From NCBI GenBank assembly GCA_965112155.1, contig OZ218102.1: DNA of 64,000 bases; one strand, given 5' to 3'. This stretch comes from Podarcis liolepis. Its lineage: Eukaryota. Under the pieces are notes generated by a model that saw only the letters and a program-made list of their open reading frames with translations, ran no database searches and was not told the origin of the DNA. A program made the position numbers and the translations under genes. Of this stretch, positions 61,313 to 64,000 are shown one piece after another (position 1 is the stretch's first letter; each line of letters begins with the position of its first letter).

Positions 61313-61827
61313 GTTCAGCCTGGACACTGGGGTCCAGCTCTGAGGGTCTTCTGGTGGTTCCCTCCCTGCGAGAAGTGAGGTTACAGGGAACCAGGCGGAG
61401 GGCCTTCTCGGTAGTGGCACCTGCCCTGTGGAATGCCCTCCCATCAGATGTCAAGGAAATAAACTACAGTGGTACTTCAGGTTACATACACTTCAGGTTA
61501 CAGATTCCGCTAACCCAGAAATAGTACCCAAGGTTAAGAACTTTGCTTCAGGATGAGAACAGAAATTGTGCTCCGGCGGCACGGCAGCAGCAGGAGGCCC
61601 CATTAGCTAAAGTGGTGCTTCAGGTTAAGAACAGTTTCAGGTTAAGAACGGACGTCCGGAACAAATTAAGTACTTAACCCAAGGTACCACTGTATCTGAC
61701 TTTTAGAAGACATCTGAAGGCGGCCGTGTTTAGGCAAGTTTTTAATGTTTGATGTTTTATTGTGCTTTTATATACGTTGGAAGCTGCCCAGAGTGGCTGG
61801 CGAAACCCAGTTAGACGGGGAGGATAC

Positions 61828-61870
<43 letters not shown>

Positions 61871-61887
61871 TTATTTATTTATTATTA
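61313..61887 (+). mobile_element. L2-clade LINE 3' fragment, interrupted by a MITE
   Basis: SAWTLGSSSEGLLVVPSLREVRLQGTRRRAFSVVAPALWNALPSDVKEIN; resumes after 61694 (tctgacttttagaagacatctgaagg); (TAT)n tail. Confidence 0.9.
61467..61692. mobile_element. Tigger/pogo-like MITE family A, copy 7 (nested in L2)
   Basis: TA TSD at 61465-61466 and 61693-61694. Confidence 0.92.
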
Positions 61888-63104
61888 CTATACCTGGAAC
61901 TTTTTATATGCAATTCTGAGATCTCTACAATATGGCAACCCATGCTAAACCATAGTGGTCCTTGTGGAGAAAGATGTGAGTCCTTCCTATACACCAAGCA
62001 AGTATAGCCCTTTTCTTACATTGGCTTTCTTTTTCTTTATTTCTTAATCAGACACAGTTAATTCCTATATTCGGGGTGCTGGCGGGGGGTGTCTCTTACA
62101 AGGTCCTCCTTGTTTTGTGTTTCACAGAGGCGAAGTCTTTGCTCAGATATATTAGCAGAGTTAGAATTCTTTTTCCAAGTTTTTCTTGGATTTCCTACAC
62201 AAGGAAGGTCCTCTGTAAAATAGACCCAAAATGAATGGAGCCTTTCTCCTCCAGATTTAGTCTAGATTCTGACTTGCGTGAACCTTAAAATAGGGGTTTA
62301 TTAGGGGCTTGATCTGTTTACTTCAATTTGCTTCCGTGTGTTTTCTTTTTTTCCCCTCTTCAATTTCTCTAGGGTCGAGGCTGGCCTGGCATACAGCTTA
62401 GCTTTGAGTTAGGCGGGTGAGAATGATACTTCTCTTGAGTCTGAGATTGACAAGAAAGCCATTCTTGCTCGACCAACTGACAAGGGACCTGGAATTGCTT
62501 ATTGGGGTTGCAAAGGAGCCATTACTCAAGCTGCATTTGGCTTCTCTGTTATTGGAGGGGGGGGCAGCTGCTCTAACTGTAGATTTCTTCATTTTAAAAC
62601 CTCTGTCAAGAGTCCCTGCTAAGCATCACACTGCCTTTTGTTGGCTCTGTGTTAATTCCTTAGAGGAAGAGTACAAATTTACAAATGTACTATTTAACAT
62701 TTCTTTCAAACCAACAGGCATGTATGTTAAGCGGCATTTAAAATAGTCTCTCTCTCTCTCTCTCTCTTCTCTCTCCCTCCCTCTCTCTCCCTCTTTTTAA
62801 TATTGCCCAATTTTATTTAATACTGCCTACCAGAGAGACCAAGATTAAATCCAAATTTTTCATAACATCCAAGACCACATGGATGATACCCATACCTTTC
62901 CCAAGACCTTCCTCAAGGACGGCACGTGATATGCTGGGTGAGACTTATACAAAATGAAAGAGTCCACATCTGAATTTGTTCTGTGGGGATTTAACCTTTG
63001 CCTCTCTTAGTTAGCTCAGGCCAAGCAGATTTTAATAACCAGAAAGGGCAAGGATTTGAAAAACAGTTGAAAGGTCCCAAGCCTTTAAGAAGCTTGTCTA
63101 CAAC

Positions 63105-63527
63105 CAGTGCTTTTTTTTGGGGGGGGTACACAGGGGTACGCATACCCCTAAACATTTTGTGAATCTAACGGAAGAAGAAACTAAAAAAATTAAAAAAATT
63201 GCTTCTTCTCTAGCACAGTGAATTGTCAGTTTCATTTCTACCCCCAATGGCAGCCTCATTTCCTGTCACAATGTTTCCTGAGTCTTAGATGGAAGTGAGC
63301 GTTTAATGTGTGAAGCAGTGTGGAATGTGGATGTTAGTGCACACAACCTCATGCCAATGTGGAAGTTACTGTCAGCTGTCAGCTGTGTAATATGAAGTAA
63401 TACATGTTCCTTGTACTTTTGTCCATTTACTGTATTTATTTTCCCCAATTTGAACTATAAAATGGTGATTTTCTTGAGTCAAAGAGAGCATTACCCCCTA
63501 AACATTTTTTAAGAAAAAAAAGCACTG
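63105..63527. mobile_element. hAT MITE family B (long 423-bp form)
   Basis: TIR CAGTGCTTTTTTTT; perfect 8-bp TSD TCTACAAC (63097-63104, 63528-63535). Confidence 0.9.
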
Positions 63528-63603
63528 TCTACAACACCAGCTTGCACAAGCTGAAACATGTCCAAAATAGCATCTCTATCCAGCTATGTTAAAGATCCTG
63601 TGT

Positions 63604-63847
63604 CAGGGGTCAGCAGACTTTTTCAGCAGGGGGCCAGTCCACTGTCCCTCAGACCTTGTTAGGAGCCAGATAATATTTTTGGGGGGAAATATGAACGAAT
63701 TTCTGTGCCCCACAAATAACTCAGAGATGCATTTTAAATAAAAGCACACATTCTACTCATGTAAAAACATGCTGATTCCTGGACCGTCCACGGGCTGGAT
63801 TTAGAAGGCGATTGAGCCGGATCTGGCCCCTAGTTTGCCTACCCATG
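63604..63847. mobile_element. hAT MITE family F, inserted at the head of a CORE-type SINE
   Basis: Perfect 8-bp TSD TCCTGTGT (63596-63603, 63848-63855). Confidence 0.9.
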
Positions 63848-64000
63848 TCCTGTGTGGTGTAGTAGTTAAACTGCCGGAGTAGCACCTGGGAGGCCAAAGT
63901 TTGAATCCCCATTTGGCCATGAAGCTCATGGGGTAACCTTGGGCCAGTCACTGCCTCTCAGTCTAAACTTACCTCACAGGGTCGTTGTGATTAAATGAGG

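Noticed and set aside
62417-62746. 109-aa Leu-rich ORF as a gene or processed pseudogene
   Set aside because: GTG start, no recognisable family in any frame, and no poly(A) or TSD.
1-64000. A novel multi-gene or prokaryote-like system
   Set aside because: All coding signal is explained by HECTD2, PPP1R3C and LINE fragments; there is no unexplained long ORF, array or foreign-composition island.

Overview
Vertebrate genomic DNA, most likely from a lacertid lizard (inferred from the Sauria SINEs and the squamate-type MITE/L2 landscape). Two convergent protein-coding genes can be read directly. The first is the last four coding exons and 3' UTR of the HECT E3 ligase HECTD2 (+, 19-~4500). The second is the complete PPP1R3C/PTG glycogen-targeting PP1 subunit (-, main coding exon 47352-46407, CpG-island first exon at ~49146-49340, 3' UTR to ~44790). 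This is the gene order known from mammals. The ~40 kb intergenic region and the region upstream of PPP1R3C are a mosaic of mobile elements: Tigger/pogo-like MITEs (TA TSD), several hAT MITE families (8-bp TSD), Sauria and other tRNA-derived SINEs, L2 and L1 fragments, and three solo-LTR-like elements, several of them nested two or three deep. There is a 173-N assembly gap at 27489-27661. The most interesting non-routine signal is the 5' architecture of PPP1R3C. Exon 1 lacks the mammalian-type start (an in-frame TAA sits just before the donor) and carries an 11-codon uORF and two alternative donors. A candidate 35-nt microexon 97 nt upstream of the main exon would supply a new in-frame start (MMNYERR). 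I see no evidence for a novel multi-gene system, CRISPR array or functional RNA gene. Almost all short ORFs in the track are spurious.
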